In this document: in pieces, positions 10,038 to 19,815 of the stretch
Position numbering within the stretch: the stretch's first letter is position 1
Layout of the letters: the number at the start of each line of letters is the position of its first letter
NCBI GenBank assembly: GCA_963830365.1
Contig: CAWHMU010000042.1
Coordinates: 111,250 to 175,249 of the forward strand
Length of the DNA stretch: 64,000 bases
Origin: an uncultured Chlamydiae bacterium
GTDB lineage: Bacteria; Chlamydiota; Chlamydiia; Chlamydiales; Parachlamydiaceae
Direction of reading: 5' to 3'
Position numbers and translations under genes: made by a program
The notes under the pieces: generated by a model
Told to the model about the DNA's origin: nothing
The model's database searches: none
Seen by the model: the letters and a program-made list of their open reading frames with translations, nothing else

Positions 10038-10166
10038 GAATGGACGAAGCGGACGAGGCGGACAGCAGCCAATGGACGAAGCGGACATTAGCAACGGAAT
10101 CGTGCCGTTACCAAAGCGTTCAAAACGTCCGCTTCGTCCATTAGCTGCTGTCCGCTTCGTCCATTC
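10038..10166. repeat. Inverted pair of 9-mer (GGACGAAGC) tandem arms
   Basis: GAATGGACGAAGCGGAC...GGACAGCAGCCAATGGACGAAGCGGAC versus GTCCGCTTCGTCCATTAGCTGCTGTCCGCTTCGTCCATTC. Confidence 0.8.
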
Positions 10167-10248
10167 GGACATGAATTTACCTTATTATGCTTCGGATATC
10201 AAATGAAATCGGGCATGGGCACACACACTGGCACGGGAAGGAAGTTGT

Positions 10249-12369
10249 CTAAGCGTCCTCGACGATGACAAAACCCTCAGGATGCATGGGAGCAAGCTTG
10301 CCGATAGCCAGTTTGCCTTCAAAATAGTCGCGGTAGACTTTGATGCCCTGTTCAGCATTGCGCACGCAATAAAAGCAGTTGCTGATCCACTCGGAGCCTT
10401 TGATGGTGCCGTTAGCGAGGTTGCATTTGAAGCGGCTGGTGATTTTGCTGCGCCAGTATTCCGGCTCGCCAAACATCAGGATGGGATGCGATGGCACGGC
10501 TCCCACCTTGCGGCGCACCTCTTCCAGGCAATATTCAAAGTCGGTGCCGATACCGCCGGTAAGTAATATTGGAAAATCCAAATTGAACTCCGCCTGCCGC
10601 TCCACCAGTTTGTCCAGGCGATAAGTCATTTTGGCCTGGATGAAGGGGTTTTGCTTTTGCTCATTGACGACGGAGATATCTTTTTGACGGAAGTCAACGA
10701 TATTGGCGCATGATAAAATGTTAAGCTCTTTAGCCACGCGGTTGCCAACTTCCATGGCTCCCGGTCCGCCGCCTGTAACCAGGGCAAGGGGGGTGCCGGC
10801 ATGCAGCAAGGGGTGGTTCACTTCGGACCGCATATCGATGACGCCTTGCAGCAGGCGGCGCAGTTCATCTTCAAAATTCCCTTCCAGCAGATTGGAGCCA
10901 TAGATGCCGAATACCGTCGATTTAAGAAAGGCCTCGACGTGTTGCTGTGGTACGAACATACCCGAATCTTGGTCCGGTTTTTGCGTATAGTGCAGGATGT
11001 TGCCGGTGGCTTCATCGACCCAGTATACGGGAATACCGAAATTTTCAAGATCATGCAGCAGGGCGCGATCTTCGGCGGAGAAGAAGCTTTGATGTGATTG
11101 CGAAGGATACTGGAAATAGATCCCCTTCAGGCAGCGTTGCACCTGGTCGCTCAGCAGCATGCGCTTCATCAAAGGGGAGGGGAAATAGCGCGTCAGCAGG
11201 ATTCCCTGGCTGGTGATCCAGCCGGCATCGATGCTTTTTAGGAATGGGTAGGATGGTTGCTGCTCGATGTAGCGTTCGACCATCAGCGCCTGGCGCGTGC
11301 TGTGGGCGCTGCCGGGGAATTCGTGCTGGCGCGTTTCGCGGCAGATCCAATCATCAGGCTTAAGGTTGAGCATCTGCTCGCCTTTGACAATGAAGACCGC
11401 GGCGCGATGTTCCATGGGTTGGGGGGCGGTGGCGAAGGCTTTAAACAGCGAGGTGTTATCTTCGAGGCATTCTTGCAATTGGTCGCGGTCGGAGAAGAAG
11501 ACATACTCGCGGTAAGGTTCCAGCGTGTAAAATTCCAACGGGATATCGGTCAGCTCGCGTTTGCTGTGTCCGTAAAGTTCATAAATGTCACCGGAAGCTG
11601 AGGTGTCGGGCTGCAGGATGGCGGCTGAGGTGTGGTGGAAGCCGGGAGACAGCAGTTCGCTGACGACGCGGCCAAAGACCGTGCGGATATGCAGCGGCAG
11701 AGTGCGCACGAGCAGGATATCATCTTCTTCGACATTGCGGGGGGCAAAAGGTTTCCACTCCTGATGCAAGCCCACCAGTTCGCGCGTGTGCATATTGGCC
11801 CGCAAAGCTTTGCCAAGCGTTGGCAGAAAGCCGTAGAGCGATTGTTCATAAGCAACTTTTCCATTCTGCAGTGTCAGATAGGCAATGGTGCGCCCGTCGA
11901 CCTTATCGAGGATGAGATCGTTGCTGCCTTGCAAGCCGCCGAGAGAAAGCAGGGGGCTGCCGAAGCGGTCGGAACGGCCGAACATGCGGCTAAGGTAATC
12001 GGGATCGCGCACGCGCCGCCGTTCATCGGCAGCAAATAGTTTGCCGATGAAAGTGCCCAAGTGCAGGTGTTGCAGCAGTTCTGCCGCAAAGGGTCCTAGA
12101 GCTTTTAAGAGGACCTTTACTTGCGCGCTGTGGCTTTTTTCGTTTAGTTCGAACGCCAGTCCGATGCCATCCAAACCAACTTGTGCCAAAGTGCTCTTGA
12201 TGTTGAAAAGTACGTGCTCTTTGGGGATGCGGAAGCCGACAAAGGCCGGGGAGATTTTTTCGATGAAGACGACAGCTTCCGCTGTTTTGGCATCAATGTG
12301 CGTGATGTTGGTAATGGCCCCATCGGGGGTGACCAAATCGTAGGGTTTGAGATCTAGATAGCTTTCCAT
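10249..12369 (-). CDS. Conserved chlamydial protein with C-terminal LOG/Rossmann-fold nucleotide-binding domain
   Basis: LVTGGGPGAMEVGN, LVERQAEF and GGIGTDFE LOG-family motifs. Confidence 0.85.
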   Translation of the reverse strand: MESYLDLKPYDLVTPDGAITNITHIDAKTAEAVVFIEKISPAFVGFRIPKEHVLFNIKSTLAQVGLDGIGLAFELNEKSHSAQVKVLLKALGPFAAELLQHLHLGTFIGKLFAADERRRVRDPDYLSRMFGRSDRFGSPLLSLGGLQGSNDLILDKVDGRTIAYLTLQNGKVAYEQSLYGFLPTLGKALRANMHTRELVGLHQEWKPFAPRNVEEDDILLVRTLPLHIRTVFGRVVSELLSPGFHHTSAAILQPDTSASGDIYELYGHSKRELTDIPLEFYTLEPYREYVFFSDRDQLQECLEDNTSLFKAFATAPQPMEHRAAVFIVKGEQMLNLKPDDWICRETRQHEFPGSAHSTRQALMVERYIEQQPSYPFLKSIDAGWITSQGILLTRYFPSPLMKRMLLSDQVQRCLKGIYFQYPSQSHQSFFSAEDRALLHDLENFGIPVYWVDEATGNILHYTQKPDQDSGMFVPQQHVEAFLKSTVFGIYGSNLLEGNFEDELRRLLQGVIDMRSEVNHPLLHAGTPLALVTGGGPGAMEVGNRVAKELNILSCANIVDFRQKDISVVNEQKQNPFIQAKMTYRLDKLVERQAEFNLDFPILLTGGIGTDFEYCLEEVRRKVGAVPSHPILMFGEPEYWRSKITSRFKCNLANGTIKGSEWISNCFYCVRNAEQGIKVYRDYFEGKLAIGKLAPMHPEGFVIVEDA

Positions 12370-12889
12370 ACTGTAGTCCGATCAAAAAATGTGATCATGC
12401 AAGGTAGCAGACTTTTGGGCAAGAGGGTTTTTTTAGGCACTGAAGTATGCCTTATGTACGCCAAATATTGGTAAGTAGTTGAAGTTAAGGCCGTGGGTTT
12501 TGTGGGTTATCTGTTGATAACAAAAAACAAGTGGCGATTATTTATGGCGTTTGCCGCCGGTGTGTATGTGGGAAATGAAATCTAGGGGAAATGATAATTT
12601 TTATTAAGCATTGATAATAAAGTATTTGCAATATACCGGGGTTTGTCTGTTAGATCTTATGGGGCAGATAGGGTTCGCAGCTTTCCCTCACAGTGACTGG
12701 TGAACGGTTGTTCATAACTCAACTGTTCGATAGTCCTTTTACTTAATAATTCCATCTGCCATAATCGATTTTTTGATAGAGAAGTTTCTGGCAAAAGGCG
12801 TTGCTAGAGCAAAGCAAGCTTGGTTGATCATCGATAAATGTAACGACACCAATGAACGTCCTATGAATGATATCTGTATGAGGAGCGCA

Positions 12890-13777
12890 ATGGAAAATAG
12901 CGCCAAAATTCCGCGAAGCTTTGGTACACATGATGGCACATTTCATGCCGACGAAGTGACGGCATGTGCTTTGTTGCTGCTTTTTAACATCATCGATGAA
13001 GATAAAATTATACGTACGCGCAATCTTGAAGAGCTTTCGCGCTGCGAATATGTTTGCGATGTGGGCGGCATTTATGACCCAGCCCGCAAGCTATTCGACC
13101 ATCATCAAATGGACTATCAAGGGCCGATGAGCAGTGCGGGGATGATACTTTTGTACCTGCAGCAAATCGGCATGCTGACACCCAAAGAGCACGATTTCTT
13201 CTACCAGGTCATCATCATGGGTGTTGATGCCCATGACAATGGCAGAGAGCTGCATAGCAAAGGGGTGACGACCTATTCCCATATCATTTCCAATTTTACG
13301 CCAATTTTGTATGATGTCGACTCCACCGTCCAGAATGCAGCCTTCTTTGAAGCGCTGGCATTTGCCAGGGGGCATTTTGAAAGGATGTGGAAACGCTATC
13401 AATACATGCATTCGTGCCGTCAGCAGGTTGCCGATGCCATGGCGCAAGGCAAAGATTGCCTCATATTCGACAAAAGCATTCCCTGGCTTGAGATTTTCTT
13501 TGAACTGGAGGGGGCCAAACACCCCGCCAAATTTGTCATTATGCCGGCAGACCAGCATTGGAAGCTGCGCGGCATCCCGCCGACGCTTGAAGAAAAGATG
13601 AAGGTGCGCCATCCGCTGCCAAAAGAGTGGGCAGGGCTGCTTGAGAATGAATTATGCAAGGTATCCGGCATCAAAGGTGCCATTTTCTGCCATAAAGGCA
13701 GATTCATCTCTGTTTGGGAGACGCGCGAAGACGCGCTTAAAGCCCTGAATTATGTTTTAGGAACGGCTCATAAATAA
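12890..13777 (+). CDS. MYG1-family exonuclease/metal-dependent hydrolase
   Basis: GTHDGTFHADEVTAC, DVGGIYDP, FDHHQ, FCHKGRFI; AGGAG RBS before ATG 12890. Confidence 0.93.
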   Translation: MENSAKIPRSFGTHDGTFHADEVTACALLLLFNIIDEDKIIRTRNLEELSRCEYVCDVGGIYDPARKLFDHHQMDYQGPMSSAGMILLYLQQIGMLTPKEHDFFYQVIIMGVDAHDNGRELHSKGVTTYSHIISNFTPILYDVDSTVQNAAFFEALAFARGHFERMWKRYQYMHSCRQQVADAMAQGKDCLIFDKSIPWLEIFFELEGAKHPAKFVIMPADQHWKLRGIPPTLEEKMKVRHPLPKEWAGLLENELCKVSGIKGAIFCHKGRFISVWETREDALKALNYVLGTAHK

Positions 13778-13789
13778 AAAGAAGATATC

Positions 13790-14131
13790 ATGGCTGAAAA
13801 ATCGCTATTCAGTAAGATCATCAGCGGCGAGTTGCCGGCTGATAAAGTCTTTGAAAATGAACGCATTGTGGCTTTTAAGGACCTTTATCCGGCAGCGCCT
13901 GTACATATATTGATTGTCCCCAAAAAAGAGATCGCCGATATTCAATCCGTCTCTGCCGAAGATTTGCCCTTGATCGGCGAAATGGTGGCTGTCGCTCAAA
14001 CGCTGGCGCAGCGCTTCGGCATCGCCGATGGTTATCGCCTGCTCACGAACAATGGCTTGCCGGCCGGTCAAACGATTTTCCATCTGCATTTCCACCTGCT
14101 TGGCGGCCGACAGCTGGGACCTCTAGCATAA
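13790..14131 (+). CDS. HIT-family nucleotide hydrolase (HinT-like)
   Basis: SLFSKII, GQTIFHLHFHLLGG histidine triad. Confidence 0.95.
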   Translation: MAEKSLFSKIISGELPADKVFENERIVAFKDLYPAAPVHILIVPKKEIADIQSVSAEDLPLIGEMVAVAQTLAQRFGIADGYRLLTNNGLPAGQTIFHLHFHLLGGRQLGPLA

Positions 14132-14138
14132 TTTCGAT

Positions 14139-15787
14139 TAAGCTCAGCAGATGCAACATAGAAACACAGAGGCACAGCGGTCACAGAGAGTAAACGGGAG
14201 AACGACCAACGAGCTATTTCTTTCTCCGTGTCCTCTGTGTCTCTGTGTTTCAAATAGGTGAGAGACAAAATTTGCGGAGAGCAAACGGGAAGAACAAGCG
14301 ACTAAGCTCAGCAGATGCAACATAGAAACACAGAGGCACAGCGGTTACAGAGAATAAACGGGAGAACGACCAGCTAAGTTCAATAGGCGCAGCATAGTGG
14401 TTTCTTTCTCCGTGTCCTCTGTGTCTCTGTGTTTCAAATAGGTGAGAGACAAAATTTGCGGAAAGCAAACGGGAAGAACAAGCAACTAAGCTCAGCAGAT
14501 GCAACATAGAAACACAGAGGCACAGAGGTCACAGAGAGTAAACGGGAGAACGACCAACGAAGTATAATAGGCGCAGCATAGCTATTTCTTTTCTCCGTGT
14601 CCTCTGTGTCTCTGTGTTTCAAATAGGTAAGAGACAAGATTTGCGGAGAGCAAGCGGGAAGAACAAGCGACTAAGCTCAGCAGATGCAACATAGAAACAC
14701 AGAGGCACAGAGGTCACAGAGAGCAAACGGGAGAACGACCAACGAGCTATTTCTTTTCTCCGTGTCCTCTGTGTCTCTGTGTTTCAAATAGGTGAGAGAC
14801 AAAATTTGCGGAAAGCAAACGGGAAGAACAAGCGACTAAGCTCAGCAGATGCAACATAGAAACACAGAGGCACAGAGGTCACAGAGAGCAAACGGGAGAA
14901 CGACCAACGAGCTATTTCTTTTCTCCGTGTCCTCTGTGTCTCTGTGTTTCAAATAGGTAAGAGACAAAATTTGCGGAAAGCAAACGGGAAGAACAAGCGA
15001 CTAAGCTCAGCAGATGCAACATAGAAACACAGAGGCACAGAGGTCACAAAGAGCAAACGGGAGAACGACCAACGAGCTATTTCTTTTCTCCGTGTCCTCT
15101 GTGTCTCTGTGTTTCAAATAGGTAAGAGACAAGATTTGCGGAGAGCAAGCGGGAAGAACAAGCGACTAAGCTCAGCAGATGCAACATAGAAACACAGAGG
15201 CACAGAGGTCACAGAGAGCAAACGGGAGAACGACCAACGAGCTATTTCTTTTCTCCGTGTCCTCTGTGTCTCTGTGTTTCAAATAGGTAAGAGACAAGAT
15301 TTGCGGAGAGCAAGCGGGAAGAACAAGCGACTAAGCTCAGCAGATGCAACATAGAAACACAGAGGCACAGAGAGCAAACGGGAGAACGACCAACGAGCTA
15401 TTTCTTTCTCCGTGTCCTCTGTGTCTCTGTGTTTCAAATAGGTAAGAGACAAGATTTGCGGAGAGCAAGCGGGAAGAACAAGCGACTAAGCTCAGCAGAT
15501 GCAACATAGAAACACAGAGGCACAGAGGTCACAGAGAGCAAACGGGAGAACGACCAACGAGCTATTTCTTTTCTCCGTGTCCTCTGTGTCTCTGTGTTTC
15601 AAATAGGTGAGAGACAAAATTTGCGGAAAGCAAACGGGAAGAACAAGCAACTAAGCTCAGCAGATGCAACATAGAAACACAGAGGCACAGAGGTCACAGA
15701 GAGCAAACGGGAGAACGACCAACGAGCTATTTCTTTTCTCCGTGTCCTCTGTGTCTCTGTGTTTCAAATAGGTAAGAGACAAGATTT
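14139..15787 (+). repeat. Tandem array of 10 hairpin-containing units (155-185 bp) upstream of the GxxExxY gene
   Basis: Units start (TAAGCTCAGCAGATGC) at 14139, 14303, 14487, 14672, 14837, 15002, 15167, 15332, 15487 and 15652; each has a GAAACACAGAGGCACAGAG arm and a CTCTGTGTCTCTGTGTTTC arm. Confidence 0.97.
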
Positions 15788-15800
15788 ACAGAGAGTAAGC

Positions 15801-16178
15801 ATGGAGAACCACCAATTAACTCAGGCCATTATTGGAGCTGCTATCGAAGTTCACAAGCGGCTGGGGCCAGGGTTACTTGAATCGGCATATAGAGCATGTT
15901 TGGCGTATGAGTTGAGAAAGGGCGGGTTTGATGTCATAGAAGAAAAACCAGTTCCTGTGTTTTATGATGAAGTGCAATTGGAATGCGGCTTTCGGGCTGA
16001 CTTGTTAGTCAATAAATTGATCATAGTGGAATTGAAGGCGAAAAGTGCAGTTCATCCTGTCGATAAGGCTCAGACCCTCTCGCATTTGCGATTGCTGAAT
16101 TTACGCGTTGGATTACTGATTAATTTTCATGAAGAGAAATTGGTTGATGGCATTCATAGGATCATAAACGGGTATTAA
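15801..16178 (+). CDS. GxxExxY protein (PD-(D/E)XK nuclease-like)
   Basis: IIGAAIEVHKRLGPGLLESAY (GxxExxY), RADLLV...IIVELK, GLLINF; the ATG at 15801 is preferred over the repeat-derived upstream start. Confidence 0.93.
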   Translation: MENHQLTQAIIGAAIEVHKRLGPGLLESAYRACLAYELRKGGFDVIEEKPVPVFYDEVQLECGFRADLLVNKLIIVELKAKSAVHPVDKAQTLSHLRLLNLRVGLLINFHEEKLVDGIHRIINGY

Positions 16179-16183
16179 TGTGC

Positions 16184-16377
16184 TCTGTGTTTCAAATAGG
16201 TAAGAGACAAGATTTGCGGAGAGCAAACGGGCAGAACAAGCAACTAAGCTCAGCAGATGCAACATAGAAACACAGAGGTCACAGAGAGCAAACGGGAGAA
16301 CGACCAACGAAGTTCAGTCGGTGTAGTATAGCTATTTCTTTCTCCGTGTCCTCATGTGTCTCTGTGTTTCAAATAGG
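16184..16377 (+). repeat. Continuation of the array downstream of GxxExxY (partial unit plus one unit starting at 16245)
   Basis: CTCTGTGTTTCAAATAGGTAAGAGACAAG resumes 5 bp after the stop codon. Confidence 0.95.
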
Positions 16378-16416
16378 GTTGAGTCAAACTAAATTGAATG
16401 AAATAGGCCGACTATT

Positions 16417-16974
16417 ATGAATCACAATTATAAGCTGTCCAGAGATCAATGCGCCCTGCTGGTTATCGATGTGCAGGAAAAGCTGTTCCCTTATGTGGAA
16501 AATTCGTGCCATGTGATGCAGGCCATACAAAAAGCTGTGCGGGGCTTTCAAATTTTGGGGTTGCCCATTTTTGCCACCGAACAATATCCGCAAGGCTTGG
16601 GTTCTACGGTGGGTCCATTGAAAGGGTTATTAGGTGAAAAGCAGCATTACTTCACCAAGACGGCTTTTTCCTGTCTGGACGATGCCGGCATTAAAAAGGA
16701 TTTATTGCTGGCGCCGGTGCAGCAATGGATTGTGCTGGGTATCGAGGCGCATGTGTGTGTGCTGCAAACGGCTAAGGACTTATTGGAGATGGGCAAGCAA
16801 GTGGTCGTGCTTAATGATGCCATCAGTTCGCGTTCCATCTACGACTTCTCAACCGCCATTGCCGAAATGCGCGATTGTGGCGCCCGCATCAGCAGCACAG
16901 AGACAGTGCTCTTTGAATTATTGCGCCATTCCAAGGCCTCGGAATTCAAAGAAATCAGTCAACTGATCAAATAA
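16417..16974 (+). CDS. Isochorismatase-family hydrolase
   Basis: ALLVIDVQEKL, TEQYPQGLG, KTAFSC, GIEAHVCVLQT. Confidence 0.92.
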   Translation: MNHNYKLSRDQCALLVIDVQEKLFPYVENSCHVMQAIQKAVRGFQILGLPIFATEQYPQGLGSTVGPLKGLLGEKQHYFTKTAFSCLDDAGIKKDLLLAPVQQWIVLGIEAHVCVLQTAKDLLEMGKQVVVLNDAISSRSIYDFSTAIAEMRDCGARISSTETVLFELLRHSKASEFKEISQLIK

Positions 16975-16977
16975 TTA

Positions 16978-18775
16978 ATGAAGCGTTTCCCCAATTTCTT
17001 CGCCAAGCTCTGTGCCTGTGTGGTCATTCTTTCCATGACCAGCTGGAAAGACTGTGCCATTGCCTTGCATGATATCTCGGGTGATGCTTTGAATGATGCT
17101 TTGAGTGATGAGCAAATCAGCAAGCGCGTGCATGCCCATATGGTCATTGGCGACCACTTGACGGCGGCACAGGAAGCGTTTTCCGGACTGCAGCGACACC
17201 CCACTTCCAAACTGCTCTGGCAGGCATCGCTCAGGGCCCTTGCCAGGACGGGCGATGAAAAAGCGCTGATGGCGCATTGGCGTAGCTATGTGGAGAAATT
17301 TCCGGCAGAGCGCAGCGACCGGGAAATTCTTGAATGTCTGGCCTGGGCGGTGATTGATAAGGGTTTCCGCCTCATCGACGCCAGTCATCCGTGTGACGGC
17401 GCTGCTTGGAGCTTTTTTTAGTCAGGATGTTAAAGGGGTAGCCATTTTGTTGCAGGGACTGCGCGATGAGCATGCCCTTTTGCGCGCCGCGGCCATCAAG
17501 CTGGCATCAATGCTGTTTGACAGTTCGCTGCAAGAAGAGATATTGCGCCTTTTGCGTAGCGAGAAAGTGTGGAATGTCAGGCTGGGCGCTATTAATGCCG
17601 CCGGCAAGATGCGCATGCGGCCGGCGCGAAGTGATCTTATGAAAATCATCGGACAGGACAATATCCATATTGAAGAGAAGACTGCTGCCATTCAAGCGCT
17701 TGTCACCCTTTCTGACGAAGTGGAAAAAGAACACCTGGCGCATTTGGTGCAAAGCGACCGCGTAGGCATGCGTCTGTTGGCATGTGAATTGGTGGCCCAT
17801 TATGAACAGGTGGAAGATATCGATATGCTCTATCCGCTGCTTAACGACTACCATGCCGATGTGCGCGCCAAGGTCTTGGAAATACTCGGGCGGCTGCGTG
17901 TCGACACCATCGCCGGCCAAGGCGTTGAGGCTTTAGCCGCCGGCCGCCTTACCGATCCCGATCCGCTGGTCGGCGTCACAGCCGCCTGGGTGCTCACGCT
18001 AAATGATCAGAAAAATGGACAGGCTGCATTTGCCAATCTTTTGCGCCACCCTCTGCCTCAGGTGCGCCATCTGGCCGCCGCGGCTTTGGCTGCCAGTGGG
18101 AAATATGGCTTGCCGTTGACGGCCGAAGCTTTTAAAGAGCAATCTGATCCCTACACCAAAATGAATCTGGCTTTAGGATTGATAGGTCAGCGCACGGATA
18201 CGAAACTTGCTTGCGATTGCTTGTTTAACGGCTTGGCTCAGCAGAAAGAGCGATGGGCATGGAAAAATGAGGGTAATTTCCGCATGCTGGCGCCAAGCAA
18301 ACTCAAGCATGACGACGCCATCCCCAACTACCCCGAAGCCGTCAACCAGCTGACCCGCCTTGAGGTGCTGGAAGTGTTGGCGGTGGCCCACTATCCCCAA
18401 GCCCAACAGGCGATAAAAAAATTCTTGCAGGAAAGCAACTGGGGTATCACCGGTCTTGCGGCCGCTTTGCTGCTGACCGAAGGGGATGAGGAGGCTGTCG
18501 ATTTGGTCAAAGGCCTGCTGACAGATCCCGATCACAAGGTTAAAGTGCAGGCGGCCTTGATTTTGGCGCTTTGGGGCAGGGGGGAAGATACCGTTGTCCT
18601 GCTGCAAGAAGCTTATTCAGGCGCAGACAGGGAGCTTAAGGGGCAGATTTTAGAGGGTATAGGCAGGGTGGGATCGCCCTCTTCCTTGCCATTTCTGGCC
18701 GAGCGGTTGCAAGAGCCCTTTCAAAGCCTGCGCATCATTGCCGCCGCGGCGCTGCTGGAATGTTTGTATCATTAA
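16978..18775 (+). CDS. HEAT-repeat protein; single frameshift near 17361-17366 (sequencing error or pseudogene)
   Basis: ORFs 16978..17421 and 17354..18775 join if one base is removed from GGGTTT; repeated LL.D....VR..AA motifs; N-terminal signal-like segment. Confidence 0.8.
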
Positions 18776-18798
18776 CGAAAGAGATTGAATCATGGCGT

Positions 18799-19003
18799 TT
18801 TGATTAAAAAGATTTGATGAACCATTCAGTGGTGACAACTTAAGAGCCACAAAAATAACAAGATTTTATGATGATCAGGATAAAAAAAATCGGCGAAACG
18901 TCATTGTCATTTCTTGGTCACTTCTTGGCGAAAAATTCCTCTCATCCGGACCATCCTAAAATCCTGTTTTTTCTGCGCTGTCTATCAAATCTTTTTAATC
19001 AAA
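18799..19003. repeat. Intergenic inverted-repeat element
   Basis: Perfect 20-bp IR TTTGATTAAAAAGATTTGAT (18799-18818) / ATCAAATCTTTTTAATCAAA (18984-19003) enclosing inner CAGGAT/ATCCTG-type arms. Confidence 0.75.
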
Positions 19004-19094
19004 TGACCTTGGAGAGTGAATCATATAGACAGCTGATAATCGGCGTGTTAAAATCCTTCTATTGCTTTTACTAAAATGTTGAAGAATTGCGGTT

Positions 19095-19802
19095 ATGAAA
19101 AAAACTATTGTCTATTTGCTGACTCTTTATCTGACGTTTTCCGGTTATGCCTTTACGATTCCTGTAGATTGCAGTCAATATGTTCAAGACGAGGCCGTAC
19201 TTATTACGCAAGTGGACAAAAATAGTCTGTTGAAAGAGATGGTGATCAATCAAGTTCTCAGCTTGCAGCATTCTTTAGTTATCGATGTGCAGCAGCCGTT
19301 GTCCAAAGAGAAGCAAAAACATGGATTTTTACTCATCCAAACGACTCCTGATTATGTTAGAAATCTCTTGGAAGAAAAAGAGGGGATGATCGTTGCAGCC
19401 TATCAAGCGCAGTCTTTAGTGGGATATGTTATATTAGTCGCTATTTCCGAATTTAAGGAATTGTACCGGCATAAGAGCATCGGATATTTGGAAACAGAAT
19501 GTCATGTAACAGCTTTCAATGAAATCCTTTCAAAGAATGGTGTGGGGTATATCGAACAGATTGCAGTCAAATGCGAATATGCAAAAAAGGGCATTGGCAG
19601 GCAACTTGTCAATGTCTGCAAGGAATTAAGGCCGAATGGATTGGTGGCTGATGTCTTCGTTACTCCCGTGACCAACACAGCCTCGTTGCAATTTTTTTCA
19701 TTACTGGGTTTTAAAGCATTCGGCATTCTGCACCAAAGACCGACAGTCAAATTCCCTGCCGCCCATCAGACCCAAGTGTTTTTGTGGGGTCAAACGCTCT
19801 AA
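19095..19802 (+). CDS. GNAT-family acetyltransferase with possible signal peptide
   Basis: YIEQIAVKCEYAKKGIGRQLV and NTASLQFFSLLGF acetyl-CoA-binding motifs. Confidence 0.8.
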   Translation: MKKTIVYLLTLYLTFSGYAFTIPVDCSQYVQDEAVLITQVDKNSLLKEMVINQVLSLQHSLVIDVQQPLSKEKQKHGFLLIQTTPDYVRNLLEEKEGMIVAAYQAQSLVGYVILVAISEFKELYRHKSIGYLETECHVTAFNEILSKNGVGYIEQIAVKCEYAKKGIGRQLVNVCKELRPNGLVADVFVTPVTNTASLQFFSLLGFKAFGILHQRPTVKFPAAHQTQVFLWGQTL

Positions 19803-19815
19803 AATTTGAGGTATC

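Noticed and set aside
14068..14637. Short minus-strand ORFs (LKHRDTEDTEK...) as proteins
   Set aside because: They are translations of the repeat arms with no RBS or consistent frame.
15759..15800. Upstream extension of GxxExxY (MFQIGKRQDLQRVS)
   Set aside because: It lies within repeat sequence; the ATG at 15801 gives the normal family N-terminus.
14139..16377. CRISPR array
   Set aside because: Units are 155-185 bp and nearly identical throughout; the variable loops are homologous to one another rather than unique spacers; no cas genes are present.
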